From: Acidobacteriota bacterium
Lineage (GTDB): Bacteria > Acidobacteriota > UBA890 > WLXD01
NCBI GenBank assembly: GCA_965205505.1
Contig: CBDBHB010000008.1
Location: 1,152,001 to 1,216,000, forward strand
Length of the DNA: 64,000 nt
Direction of reading: 5' to 3'
Position numbers and translations under genes: made by a program. Shown here one piece after another: positions 10,364-20,738 of this stretch. Under the pieces are notes generated by a model. It did no database searches. It saw only the letters and a list, made by a program, of their open reading frames with translations, and had not been told where the DNA came from. The stretch's first letter is position 1. The number at the start of each line of letters is the position of its first letter.

Positions 10364-11623
10364 TGACCTGACCCCCCAAAACGGATCCAGAGGTAATCTC
10401 ACGATCTGGGTCGAAAAGGGGAGGTCAGAATGCCGACGAAGAGGCACAGCGCCGAGCAGATCGTACGCAAGCTCCGGGAGGCTGAAGTGGAGCTGGCGCA
10501 AGGCGGGACGGTCAAGGATGCCTGCCGCAAGCTAGCGATCACCGAGCACACCTACTATCGGTGGCGGCGGGAGTACGGGGGGCTGAAGGTCAACCAGGCC
10601 AGAAGGCTCAAGCAGCTGGAGAAAGAAAACGCCCGGCTCAAGAAACTGGTGGCGGAGAAAGAGCTCGACCTGTCGATCCTGAAGGAAGTCGCGGAGGGAA
10701 ACTTCTGAGCCCAGCTCGACGGCGCGAGGCGGTGGCGCATGTACAGGGGCGGCTGGGCGTCTCCGAGAGGCGGGCGTGCCGGGTACTGAAACAACCACGC
10801 ACGACACACAGGTACATGCCAAGAGAACCGGGCGATGAGCAGATGTTGACGGAGCGGATCGTGGATCTAGCCCGACAATACGGGCGCTACGGGTATCGGC
10901 GAGTGACGGCGTTGTTGCGTATGGAGGGCTGGTGGGTGAACCACAAACGAGTGCAGCGTATCTGGAGGCGTGAGGGGCTGAAAGTACCGACAAAGCAGCC
11001 CAAACGAGCCCGGCTGTGGCTCAGCGATGGCTCGTGCATCCGGCTGCGACCACAGCGCAAAGATCACGTCTGGGCGTATGACTTCGTCCATCACCGGACG
11101 CACGAGGGTCGGGCTATGAGGCTGCTGACGATCGTCGATGAGTACACACGAGAAAGCCTGGCGATCGACGTGGCACGGAAGCTCAACTGTGAGGACGTGC
11201 TCGAGCGGCTCGGGTGGTTGTTCGTGCACCGGGGCATACCTGAGCACATCCGGTCCGATAACGGACCGGAGTTCACCGCCGAGGCGGTTCGCGACTGGCT
11301 CGGTAGGCTCGGTGTGGGCACGCTGTTCATCGAGCCGGGCTCGCCGTGGGAGAACGGCTACGTGGAGAGCTTCAACGGCAAGCTCCGAGACGAGCTGCTC
11401 AACGGCGAGATCTTCTACACGCTCAAGGAGGCAAAGGTTCTGATCGAGAGATGGAGGCAGCAGTACAACCGCATGCGACCGCACAGCTCGTTGGGCTACC
11501 GACCACCGGCCCCGGAGGCGCTGTTGTTGAAGCCGGCTACGCTCCGCTTCGCCGGCCTCAACAACCCCTTGTCAGCACCGAGTTACTGAGATAAGACGTG
11601 GTACTAACCGTGGGGTCAGGTCA
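10364..11623 (+). mobile_element. IS3-family (IS407-group-like) insertion sequence, copy 1, 1260 bp
   Basis: Ends TGACCTGACCCC...GGGGTCAGGTCA; 4-bp TSD ATGA (10360-63 and 11624-27); orfA/orfB. Confidence 0.96.
10430..11589 (+). CDS. IS3 transposase OrfAB (-1 programmed frameshift)
   Basis: OrfA HTH 10430-10708; slippery GGGAAAC just before the orfA stop; OrfB DDE motifs [22 protein letters not shown]. Confidence 0.95.
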
Positions 11624-13735
11624 ATGAGGCTGGGTCACCACAAGACGCTCTTGGTTTATCTGGTGGTCCTCCTGGCCTGTCTCGCGGCAGCGAAGGCGTT
11701 GATGGCCCATGGCGGTGAGGCACGTCTGGTCAAGCTCATGCCATGGCAAAGGGAGCGGGTTGTGCGGGTCCTGGCGGCGGAGCGCTCCGAGCTCGGGGTG
11801 CGGGGTTCCGATCGACGCATCGAGATGACGACGATCGGCGACCGATCCTGCGTCGTGGGCCCGGTCATCGCCTTGGACGTCGACGATGACTACGCCTTCG
11901 ATATCGACGAGCCCGTTGATCTGACGCTCACCTATGTCCCGGAGCTCACGGCGCCGTTCACCGTCGGCTGGGACCAGAACGGCGGTGCAGGCGTCGGCGT
12001 CTCGGAGCGCATCGAGCCAGAGCTGGGAGGCATGTTCCGCCGCCTGACGCTGACCCTCGATCGCGCCCGCCTGGCCGGTCAGGGTATCCGACACACCGAC
12101 ATCGCGGTCGGCGGGCAGGGTGGCATCGTGCTGTGCGACGTCGAGGTCGTGCGCAGCGACAGCACCGTCGCGGCGACGGCGTTTGGCCACCTGGAGCTAA
12201 CGGTGACGGATGCAGGCTCTGGGCTCCCGATCCCGGCACGGGTGGGCGTGTACGACTCGACCGGTCGCGCGCCGCTGCCGTCGGAGCAGGCACTGCTGGT
12301 GCACCGATTCACCGACGAGGTCCGTCTCATCTGGGTCAACGGCAGAACGCTGTGGCCGTCGGACAACCGTCAGGCGTTCTATGTGAACGGCGACTACGAG
12401 ACTCGCTTGCCGGTGGGTGCCTACGAGCTGTTCCTGACGCGAGGCCCCGAATACCGTGCGGTCCGCAGCAGCTTCGAAGTTCAGGAGAACGGCATCAGCA
12501 GAGTCGCTGTCGCGATGGAACGCTACGCCGACCTGCCGGCGCGCGGCTGGTTCTCCGGCGACTCCCACGTTCACATCCAGCGGCATAAGGTCGAGGACGA
12601 GGCCGTCTGGGGGCAACTGGCGGCCGAGGACGTTCATGTCGCCAACCTGCTGGAGATGGGCAACATCGCCGGTACTCACTTCAAGCAACCCGCCTGGGGC
12701 GAGGAGGGCCATTTCGGACGCGACAGCTACATGCTGGTCTCTGGCCAGGAAGACCCGCGAACCGTGCAGCGCGGCCACACAATCCATCACAATCTCTACC
12801 GCCCGTTCCATCAGGACCCGGACTCCTACTTCCTCTACCATCGCGTCTTCGAGGAGTCGCACCGGCAGGGGGGCATTTCGGGGTACGCGCACCTCGGGCA
12901 ACTGTTCAACGGCCGGCGGGGACTCGCCTTGGATGTGCCCTTCGGCATCGTCGACTTCATCGAGGTGCTGCAGGGCGGGCGTCTGTTCAGCGACATCTGG
13001 TACAGCTTTTTGAACCTCGGCTTCAAGGTGTTGCCGGTTGCAGGCGCCGACTTCCCCTACTTCGGACCGACCCTGCCCGGCGTCGAGCGCACCTACGTCA
13101 AACTGGATGGCCCGTTCAGCGTCGACGCGTTCTACGACGCGTTCCTGCGTGGCCGCGTGTTCGTCAGCAACGGCCCGTTCCTGGAATTCACCGTCAACGG
13201 TCATGAGATCGGCGAGGAGCTACGAGTCGAGCGTGGCGCCCGGCTGCAGATCGAGGCCGAAGCCTCGCTCAACCCGGACGTCGACCAGCTCGATCGATTG
13301 GAGCTGTTGGTGCATGGCGAGGTGGTGACATCGGAGCCGGCCGACGGGCGAGACCGTGTTCGGCTGCGCACGGAGATCACTGCAGACCGCAGCATGTGGC
13401 TCGCCGTTCGAGCCCTCGGCCAGCGCCAGGAGCGTCGCGACTCGATCGTCGCTCACAGCGCCGCGACCGTCGTCATCGTCGATGACGAGCCCTTCTGGAA
13501 AGCGGAGGCCGTGCCCGAGCTGGTTGCGCTTCAGCGCGCCCAGCTGCAGGAGCTGATGACGGCGCGGATCGCGCCAGATGACGATCTGGAGCCGTGGGAG
13601 ACTCGCTACCTGTTGCTGCAACAGTGGGAGCGACAGCGCTTGCTGCTGGAGCCCAGGGTGGAAGAAGCCGACGCCCGCTACCGCGATTTGCTGGAGCGTG
13701 TCGAGGCCTCACTGCGACGCGAGGATCACCGATGA
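11624..13735 (+). CDS. CehA/McbA-family (PHP-like) metallohydrolase, exported; native RBS displaced by the IS
   Basis: WFSGDSHVH, GYAH, AGADFP, FVSNGPFL motifs; signal peptide. Confidence 0.8.
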   Translation: MRLGHHKTLLVYLVVLLACLAAAKALMAHGGEARLVKLMPWQRERVVRVLAAERSELGVRGSDRRIEMTTIGDRSCVVGPVIALDVDDDYAFDIDEPVDLTLTYVPELTAPFTVGWDQNGGAGVGVSERIEPELGGMFRRLTLTLDRARLAGQGIRHTDIAVGGQGGIVLCDVEVVRSDSTVAATAFGHLELTVTDAGSGLPIPARVGVYDSTGRAPLPSEQALLVHRFTDEVRLIWVNGRTLWPSDNRQAFYVNGDYETRLPVGAYELFLTRGPEYRAVRSSFEVQENGISRVAVAMERYADLPARGWFSGDSHVHIQRHKVEDEAVWGQLAAEDVHVANLLEMGNIAGTHFKQPAWGEEGHFGRDSYMLVSGQEDPRTVQRGHTIHHNLYRPFHQDPDSYFLYHRVFEESHRQGGISGYAHLGQLFNGRRGLALDVPFGIVDFIEVLQGGRLFSDIWYSFLNLGFKVLPVAGADFPYFGPTLPGVERTYVKLDGPFSVDAFYDAFLRGRVFVSNGPFLEFTVNGHEIGEELRVERGARLQIEAEASLNPDVDQLDRLELLVHGEVVTSEPADGRDRVRLRTEITADRSMWLAVRALGQRQERRDSIVAHSAATVVIVDDEPFWKAEAVPELVALQRAQLQELMTARIAPDDDLEPWETRYLLLQQWERQRLLLEPRVEEADARYRDLLERVEASLRREDHR

Positions 13736-15465
13736 AGAAGGTCGCCATGAATCGGATTTCGGACCTGGTTCTCCGTCTCATTGTCGTCGTAGGACTTGCC
13801 GTCTCGCTGACCGTCGCCGGAACGATGACAGGTTCCGAATCCGGCGCGTTTCAGGGAGCCCAACGCTTCGACGTGCTGATCAAGGGGGGACGTGTCTTTG
13901 ATGGCAGCGGCAACCCCTGGTTCCGCGCCGACGTCGGCGTGCGAGACGGCAAGATCGCCGCGATCGGCGACCTCTCCGACGCCGACGCCGCGCGTATCAT
14001 CGACGCCGCCGGTATGGCGGTGGCCCCCGGCTTCATCGACATCCACAGCCATTCGGACGGCACTCTGCCGGTCGATGGCACGGCGCAGAGCAAGGTTCGC
14101 CAGGGGGTGACGTTGGATGTCGGCGGTGAGCGAGCGTCGGTGGCTCCACTGGCCGGCGAAGTGCTGGAGGAACGGCGGAGCAGCGCCCGAAGCCAGGGCT
14201 ACGAGCTCGACTGGACCGATCTCGACGGTTACTTCGAGCACCTGCTGCGCAAGGGCATCTCGCTCAACGTCGCCATTAAGGTGGCACCTCAGCAGATCAA
14301 GCGCATCGTCGTCGGTGGGAGCGTCGAGCAGGCTGCCACCCCCGAACAGCTGGAGCGCATGAAGCAGCTGATCGTCGAGGCGATGCACGACGGCGCCATC
14401 GGCATCGCCAGCTGGTTCCGCGGCGGCGGCTATCGCTTCGCCGAGGAAATGATCCCGATGGCGCAGGCGGCGGTAGATCATGGCGCCGTGGTCTATGAAA
14501 CGCACGTCGGCAGCGAAGGCTACCAGCTCGAGGAAGAGCTGCAGAAAGCGATCGACATCGTCGAGCAGACGGGCCTGCCGGTGAGCATTGCCCACTTCAA
14601 GATTCGCGGACGCGCCATCTGGGATCGCCTGGAGCCCGCCATCCGCATGATCGAGGCGGCTCGCCAGCGCGGCCTCGACGTTACGGCCAACCAGTACCCC
14701 TACACGGCGATGACGCAGGGTTGGTCCAACTTCTTCCCGACCTGGGCGCGAGAGGCAGAGGACCTCGAGGAGCTCCTCGGGAGCACTGCCAACCGCGGCC
14801 GGATCCGCAACGATCCTGAATGGATCCAGTACTTCGAAGAGCACGGCGGTATCGAGGGCGTCGTCCTCTGCTGTCTTCGCAACGACAGCCCAGTCAAGCA
14901 ATACGACGGCATGAGCGTGGCGGAGATCGCCGCGCAGCGTGGAGACCCGGACCCGATCAACGCCCTCTTCGAAGTCGTGATGGAAAACGGTCGCTTCCCG
15001 GGCGGCATCCACCACAACCAATCGGAGGAGAACGTTCGCCGCATCATGGCGCTCCCGTGGGTGGCGATTGCTTCCGACGGTTGGGCGGTGCGTCCCGACG
15101 GCGTTCTGGGTGAAGGGGTCGTGCACCCTCGCCTCTACGGCACCTTCCCGCGGGTGCTTGGACGATATGTGCGCGACCAGCCGCTGCTGACCTTGGCAGA
15201 CGCGATCCGTAAGATGACCTCACTGCCAGCTCAGGTTCTGCGGCTCGAGGACAGGGGCCGGCTACTCCCGGGCTATTGGGCCGATATCGTCGTCTTCGAC
15301 CCCGGAACGGTCATCGACGTAGCGACCTACGAAGAGCCGCACCAATACTCGATCGGCGTCGACTATGTGCTGGTCAACGGGGTCGTTGTCATCGACGACG
15401 GAGAGCACACTGGTGCACGGCCCGGACAACCCGTGTATGGGCCCGGAAGGCGAGCCACGCATTGA
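13732..15465 (+). CDS. N-acyl-D-amino-acid deacylase (D-aminoacylase) family, exported
   Basis: ATGA overlap with the upstream gene; APGFIDIHSHSD, QYPY, ASDG, HPRLYGTFPRVLG. Confidence 0.9.
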   Translation: MKKVAMNRISDLVLRLIVVVGLAVSLTVAGTMTGSESGAFQGAQRFDVLIKGGRVFDGSGNPWFRADVGVRDGKIAAIGDLSDADAARIIDAAGMAVAPGFIDIHSHSDGTLPVDGTAQSKVRQGVTLDVGGERASVAPLAGEVLEERRSSARSQGYELDWTDLDGYFEHLLRKGISLNVAIKVAPQQIKRIVVGGSVEQAATPEQLERMKQLIVEAMHDGAIGIASWFRGGGYRFAEEMIPMAQAAVDHGAVVYETHVGSEGYQLEEELQKAIDIVEQTGLPVSIAHFKIRGRAIWDRLEPAIRMIEAARQRGLDVTANQYPYTAMTQGWSNFFPTWAREAEDLEELLGSTANRGRIRNDPEWIQYFEEHGGIEGVVLCCLRNDSPVKQYDGMSVAEIAAQRGDPDPINALFEVVMENGRFPGGIHHNQSEENVRRIMALPWVAIASDGWAVRPDGVLGEGVVHPRLYGTFPRVLGRYVRDQPLLTLADAIRKMTSLPAQVLRLEDRGRLLPGYWADIVVFDPGTVIDVATYEEPHQYSIGVDYVLVNGVVVIDDGEHTGARPGQPVYGPGRRATH

Positions 15466-15577
15466 GTGATCGACGCGGCGCTGGCCACGACAAGCTCCGT
15501 TTGCCGCAGGAGCAATCCGCCGGACGCGCGGTTAACTTGACGATGTCGTGGTGAAAGCGGCGCGCTTGTGCTTGCAT

Positions 15578-15603
15578 ATAGGTATCTGAGATAGGTATCT
15601 GAG
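15578..15603. repeat. Perfect 13-bp tandem repeat upstream of the Rieske gene
   Basis: ATAGGTATCTGAG twice. Confidence 0.85.
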
Positions 15604-15625
15604 CGTCTGGTCGCAAGAGAATGGC

Positions 15626-17167
15626 ATGAGCAAGCGAGACAGCAAGAACGAGAAGAGCCCCGAGCGAAAGAAGGTCAGCCGTCGCGACTTCGCCAAGTCG
15701 TCGGTTGCGGCAGGAGCCGCAGCAGTAGCGCTTCCCAAGGCGCTGCGTGGCGAGGCATTGGCAGAGAAGGGAACGTCGGCGGGCGCAAAGGCGGCGGCAA
15801 CCGCGGGCCGAGGCCCGATCACAATGCCGCCCGAGGTAGCATACGGCGGCTTGGATTTCGACGGACGCGACGTGCTCTTGGAGGACATCCTGTCACCGCC
15901 CGGCAAAGCGCCGAACTATCCAGGAGGATGGCAGGAGGGAACCACCATTCCGGCCGAGTACTACCTCGACGAGAAGCACTGGCTCAACGAGGAGCGCTTT
16001 CTCCGCGAGCACTTCTGGTTCATGGCCGACCACGAGAGCCGTATCGCCAATCCCGGCGACTACTTCCTCTTCGAGTTCGGGCGTGGCGACAGCGTGATCA
16101 TCCTGCGCGCCAACGACGGTGCCGTGAAGGCCTACCACAACGTCTGCCGGCACCGCGGATCGCGGATTTGCCTGCACGACCAGAACCTGCCCGGCTCGGC
16201 GACGGCCGACGGCAGACCGTCGGACCCCCGGCTGTCGGTGACACAGCAGGGACCGAGCGGTAACACGGCGGTCTTTCGTTGCCCCTATCACGCCTGGACC
16301 TACGATCTGGACGGCAAGCTGATCTCGTTCCCGACGGGGATGCCGGAGGGGTTCGACGAGGACCAGCACGGCCTGCACCCGGCCCACGTGCAGATGGTCG
16401 AAGGCTTCATCTTCGTCAGCCTGGCCGACGATGAGCCATCGGGGTTCGACGAGTTCGTGGCCAATTGGCGACGAACCTCCGAGTTCTACGGGACCGCCGG
16501 CCTGAAAGTAGCGGCTCGCACGCAACACCCGACCAGGGCCAACTGGAAGCTGGCGATCGAGAACTTCGAGGAGTGCTATCACTGCGAACCAGTGCACAAG
16601 TCGTTGGTGACGGTGCAGTGGTGGCAGCAAGCGCATGTGCTGAGCGACGAGCAAGTTGCCGACATCGCCGAGGAGGTGGCGCGGCACAATCACTCGGAGC
16701 TGCAACAGCAAGGTAACCAACAGCAGAACAGCTATACGATGAACCGCCACCTGGCTCCCGGCTACGTGACCGGCAGCCTCGATGGCAAGCCGGTGGCGCC
16801 GCTCATTCTCGATGAGTGGACCCACATGCGGCGCGGCGCCACGACCGGGTTCTCGACGTCGTTCTTCGCCGCCTACGATGATCACATCGCGGTCGCCCGG
16901 TTCACCCCACGAGACATCCTGATGACCGATGTCGAGATCTTCTGGCTGGTCAAGGGCGACGCCAAGGACGACGAGGTAGATGTGGAGCGCATGATGGAGC
17001 TCTGGGACGTCACCTACCGCGAGGATCTATGGATCGTCGAGAACAACCAGCACGGCATCCGGAACAGCCGCTACAACTACGCCGGCGGGCAGCCGTACGC
17101 CCGGCGTGAAGGCGGACCCGCGGGATTCATCAAGTGGTATATGACCGAGATAGCACCCCACGCTTGA
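15626..17167 (+). CDS. Rieske non-heme iron oxygenase alpha subunit (GbcA/choline monooxygenase-like) with twin-arginine signal
   Basis: SRRDFAK; CRH...CPYH; NWKLAIENFEECYHCEPVH; C-terminal ED. Confidence 0.9.
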   Translation: MSKRDSKNEKSPERKKVSRRDFAKSSVAAGAAAVALPKALRGEALAEKGTSAGAKAAATAGRGPITMPPEVAYGGLDFDGRDVLLEDILSPPGKAPNYPGGWQEGTTIPAEYYLDEKHWLNEERFLREHFWFMADHESRIANPGDYFLFEFGRGDSVIILRANDGAVKAYHNVCRHRGSRICLHDQNLPGSATADGRPSDPRLSVTQQGPSGNTAVFRCPYHAWTYDLDGKLISFPTGMPEGFDEDQHGLHPAHVQMVEGFIFVSLADDEPSGFDEFVANWRRTSEFYGTAGLKVAARTQHPTRANWKLAIENFEECYHCEPVHKSLVTVQWWQQAHVLSDEQVADIAEEVARHNHSELQQQGNQQQNSYTMNRHLAPGYVTGSLDGKPVAPLILDEWTHMRRGATTGFSTSFFAAYDDHIAVARFTPRDILMTDVEIFWLVKGDAKDDEVDVERMMELWDVTYREDLWIVENNQHGIRNSRYNYAGGQPYARREGGPAGFIKWYMTEIAPHA

Positions 17168-17177
17168 GGAGAAAGCC

Positions 17178-19139
17178 GTGACCGACCGCGACCTCGGGAT
17201 GCGCCGCGACATCACCCGACGGGATTTCGTCAACGGCGTCAGCGTTGCCATCGGCGGTGCGCTGGCGCTACCGGCCAGACTACGCGCCGCTGGCATGACG
17301 CAGGCCTACGCGCCCGAGAAGGCGGCAGGCTACTACCCGCCGGCCCGCACCGGCATGCGCGGCTCCCATCCTGGCTCGTTCGAAGCGGCGCACGCCGCCC
17401 GCGACGGGATGAGGTTTGATGGAGCCGAAGACACCGGCGAGACCTACGATCTAATCGTCGTCGGTGCCGGCCTCAGTGGTCTGGCGGCGGCGTACTTCTT
17501 CCGCAAGGCGACGGGCCCCGACGCCCGCATCCTGATCCTCGAGAACCACGACGACTTTGGCGGCCACGCCAAGCGCAACGAGTTCGAGCACGACGGCGAG
17601 GTGCTGCTGGCCACCGGCGGCACCGTCTACATGGTGCAACCGGAGCGCTACCCGTTGCCGGCGCGCGAGATGCTCGAGGACATCGGCGTCGAGCTGGATT
17701 ATCCGACCAACAACATGAATCGAGGGATGTTCAGGGACTTGGGCCTCGAGCCGGCCGTATTCTTTCACGAAGAGAGCTTCGGGGAAGACGTTCTTGTCAG
17801 CGGCAGCATAAGGCGACCCAGCGAGGAGTTCCTCGCCAAGACGCCGCTGTCTGAGACGGTGCGCCGAGACCTGCTGCGACTCTGGAACGACCGGCGCGAC
17901 TACTTGCCGGGGCTGTCGAGGACGGAGAAGATCCAGCGGCTGCAACGCACTAGCTATCGCGACTACCTGCTCGATCTCGTCAAAGTGCATCCAGACGTGC
18001 TGCCGCTGGTGGGTGGGATCTGGTGCCTGGGCGCCGATACCTCGAGCGCTTGGTTCGCTCTCTATCGTGGCCGCCCGGGGTTCGAGGGACTGGGGATTCC
18101 GATTCCGGCCGAGTCACCGGCGCTTTCCGACCACGGCAAGACCGACGTCTACTTCCCCGCCGGCAACTCCGACATCGCGCGGATGATCGTGCGTTCGCTG
18201 ATCCCGGCGGCCCTGCCGGCCGGATCGATGGCGGACATCGAGCTGCAGCGAACCGATTACTCGAAGCTCGATGCGCCGCGCTCGCCGGTGCGCCTGCGGC
18301 TCAACAGCGCCGCCGTAGGGGTACGCCATGTCGGCGAACGGGAGGTTCTGAGCTCGGACCCCCGCGAGACTGAGGTCACCTACGTGCGCGGTGGCAAAGC
18401 CTACCGGGCGCGCGGCAAGGGCTGCGTGCTGGCCTGCTACCACACCATGATCCCGCACCTGTGCCCCGAGCTTCCGAACGAACAGAAGGACGCGCTGAGC
18501 CTCGCCGCACGGGCCGTCCAGATGAACACCAACGTCCTGGTGCGCGACTGGAGGGCGTTCGAGGAGCTGGGGGTGTCCAGCATTTCGTGTCCGGGTTCGT
18601 TCTACAGCGCCATCCGCCCTCGCGCACCACACACGCTGGGGACGCACGACCCGCCGCGATCGCCGGCGGACCCGATCATCGTCTCGCTGGGGGATGGCGG
18701 AGGGGTGCTCTCCTGGGAGCCGATGGTTCGAGGTCTACGCCGCGGAGAATCGATTCCACCGGGCACCCCGGTTCGGGATCAGATGCGAATGGTGCGACAG
18801 GCGCTCTTGGAAACATCGTTCGAGGACTTCGAACGGCGGATTCGTGAGCAGATGACGCGGGTACTGGGGCCTGCAGGCTTCGACGCAGCGCGCGACATCG
18901 AGGCCATCATGGTCAACCGCTGGCCGCACGGCTACGCTCTAGCCACCAACACGCTCTTCGATCCGGAGTGGGCTCCCGGCGAGGAGCCCTGGAAAGTCGC
19001 CAGTCAGCAGTTCGGGCGGATCACGATCGCCAACACGGATGCCTCGGGGATCGATCTCACCCAGACCGCCTTCGACGAGGCACACCGCGCCGTCGGCGAG
19101 CTCCTACAGATGCGCCACGGCTGGTTCCCGCGGATCTGA
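17178..19139 (+). CDS. FAD-dependent oxidoreductase, spermidine dehydrogenase (SpdH)-like, Tat signal
   Basis: DLGMRRDITRRDFVNG, YYPPARTGMRGSH, GAGLSG, ENHDDFGGHAKRNEF, NRWPHGY. Confidence 0.85.
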   Translation: MTDRDLGMRRDITRRDFVNGVSVAIGGALALPARLRAAGMTQAYAPEKAAGYYPPARTGMRGSHPGSFEAAHAARDGMRFDGAEDTGETYDLIVVGAGLSGLAAAYFFRKATGPDARILILENHDDFGGHAKRNEFEHDGEVLLATGGTVYMVQPERYPLPAREMLEDIGVELDYPTNNMNRGMFRDLGLEPAVFFHEESFGEDVLVSGSIRRPSEEFLAKTPLSETVRRDLLRLWNDRRDYLPGLSRTEKIQRLQRTSYRDYLLDLVKVHPDVLPLVGGIWCLGADTSSAWFALYRGRPGFEGLGIPIPAESPALSDHGKTDVYFPAGNSDIARMIVRSLIPAALPAGSMADIELQRTDYSKLDAPRSPVRLRLNSAAVGVRHVGEREVLSSDPRETEVTYVRGGKAYRARGKGCVLACYHTMIPHLCPELPNEQKDALSLAARAVQMNTNVLVRDWRAFEELGVSSISCPGSFYSAIRPRAPHTLGTHDPPRSPADPIIVSLGDGGGVLSWEPMVRGLRRGESIPPGTPVRDQMRMVRQALLETSFEDFERRIREQMTRVLGPAGFDAARDIEAIMVNRWPHGYALATNTLFDPEWAPGEEPWKVASQQFGRITIANTDASGIDLTQTAFDEAHRAVGELLQMRHGWFPRI

Positions 19140-19227
19140 GTCCCCGCGTCGGCGACAACTAGTGGTCTGTAGCAGATGATCCTGTCGATCGGCCCGCGCG
19201 CTCACGCTGCCTCCGAGACTCCGTGTA

Positions 19228-19698
19228 TTACTGCTTGTCGAAGTGGAGCTCCTGTAGGATCGAGCCGTCCGCCCTATACCACATCACCTGCATCGTTTGG
19301 CCGTCCTCCGACACCTGTCGCAAGAACATGCCGGAGAAGGTCCCATCGGCGCGCTTGCCGAGACGCAGCTCGCTGCGTTCAGACATGCGGATCATCCTCA
19401 CGAGCCCTCTCGATTCCTCGCCGGTGTCGAGGCTCTTGCCCCGGTACCACTGGCCGTCGTCGAAGGTTGCCGTGTAGGTGCTTCGCGATCGCCGGCCGTT
19501 CGCGGTGATGTCATTAATACCCGTCTCGGCGTTGTTCTCATGCTTGAGCGTGATCACCTCCAGCTCCGGAAGCGGGGAGCCGTTGGTAATGGACTTCGAT
19601 TGATCGAGCTTCCAGACCCCGTTAAAGGGATCGGTCTGGGCAGGTGCAGTCCCGACCAGCAAGAGAGACAGCGCCAGCGCTGCGATCGACGTCTTCAT
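19228..19698 (-). CDS. Secreted beta-rich (lipocalin-like) hypothetical protein, paralog A
   Basis: GGGAG RBS; signal peptide; DPFNGVWKLDQSKS; paralog at 23279-23750. Confidence 0.8.
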   Translation of the reverse strand: MKTSIAALALSLLLVGTAPAQTDPFNGVWKLDQSKSITNGSPLPELEVITLKHENNAETGINDITANGRRSRSTYTATFDDGQWYRGKSLDTGEESRGLVRMIRMSERSELRLGKRADGTFSGMFLRQVSEDGQTMQVMWYRADGSILQELHFDKQ

Positions 19699-19777
19699 GG
19701 TTTTCTCCCTGTTTGTGAGTAAAGCAAGCCCGAGTCGTTGCTTGCCGCGCCGCCATCGTCGACGCCAGCTCCGGCGA

Positions 19778-20503
19778 TCAACGCTTGTTCCAGATGTCGA
19801 TGACCTCGGTATGCCCCAGCAGCGTGGCGTTGTCACCGATGTACAGCATCGCGTCCTCGGCGCGAGCCGGATCCGTCGGCACGATGGCGTCCTCGATGGC
19901 AACCGTGCGGTAGCCGAGGCTGCGGGCGGTCTGCATGGTCGGCACCACGCCGACCTCGGCGCCTACCCCGACGATGACGATGGTGGTGATTCGATTCCAC
20001 CGCAGCAGAGCATCGAGTGCAGTGGCAATGAACGCGTCCGGCCGGTACTTCCTGAGCACCCAGTCATTGGCCTCTGGCGCTATCTCCTCTGGGTTTTCCC
20101 AACCCCAGGTGCCCTCGTGGGTCGAGATCGTCGACGGTGGTCCAGTGTTGCTGGGCCTGTCGCCCGGTCGCCCATAGGTCGATCCGTCCGGATAAGAGGT
20201 CCAGCGAACATAGGCAACCCGCACGTTGTTTGCTCGCGCCGCGGCCAGTAGCTCGACCATCGGGTCCATGATGCCGGTGACGTCGATGCGGCGCCCGCTG
20301 TTGTCGAACGTTCCGCCCTCCGAGACGAAGGCGTTGAGCACTTCATGGACGAGAAGAACCGTGTGCTCGGGATCGAGGAGCACTTCGAGCTCCGGGCCCG
20401 ACGGTGCTTGGACGCTCCCGCGCGCTCCCGCCGTCGGCAGATAGCCGACCGCGACGACCAGCAAAACGAGGCTCGTCGCCCGGACTCCAAGCATGCATCC
20501 CAT
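19778..20503 (-). CDS. Exported isochorismatase-family hydrolase, paralog A
   Basis: RBS GGAGGGAAGG; signal peptide; EGTWGWE, LRKYRPDAF, IVIVGVGAEVGV. Confidence 0.85.
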   Translation of the reverse strand: MGCMLGVRATSLVLLVVAVGYLPTAGARGSVQAPSGPELEVLLDPEHTVLLVHEVLNAFVSEGGTFDNSGRRIDVTGIMDPMVELLAAARANNVRVAYVRWTSYPDGSTYGRPGDRPSNTGPPSTISTHEGTWGWENPEEIAPEANDWVLRKYRPDAFIATALDALLRWNRITTIVIVGVGAEVGVVPTMQTARSLGYRTVAIEDAIVPTDPARAEDAMLYIGDNATLLGHTEVIDIWNKR

Positions 20504-20738
20504 GTTTCCTTCCCTCCATCCAAAGTGTCGAAAGCCGTCGCCAGACAGCTCGCGCTGGAGCGGATCAACACCCTGCCTAACTCCGCGACGCGAAGCCACG
20601 TTGACAGGAACATCATCCTTTCAATCGCCTTTTTCAAGGGCCCGATCAGGATAGGCGCCAATGCTACTGTCAAGATGACCCGAGATCGGCCGGGAGACGG
20701 CGCGATCCTTGAACCCCGAATCGCAAGCTCAGCGGGGC

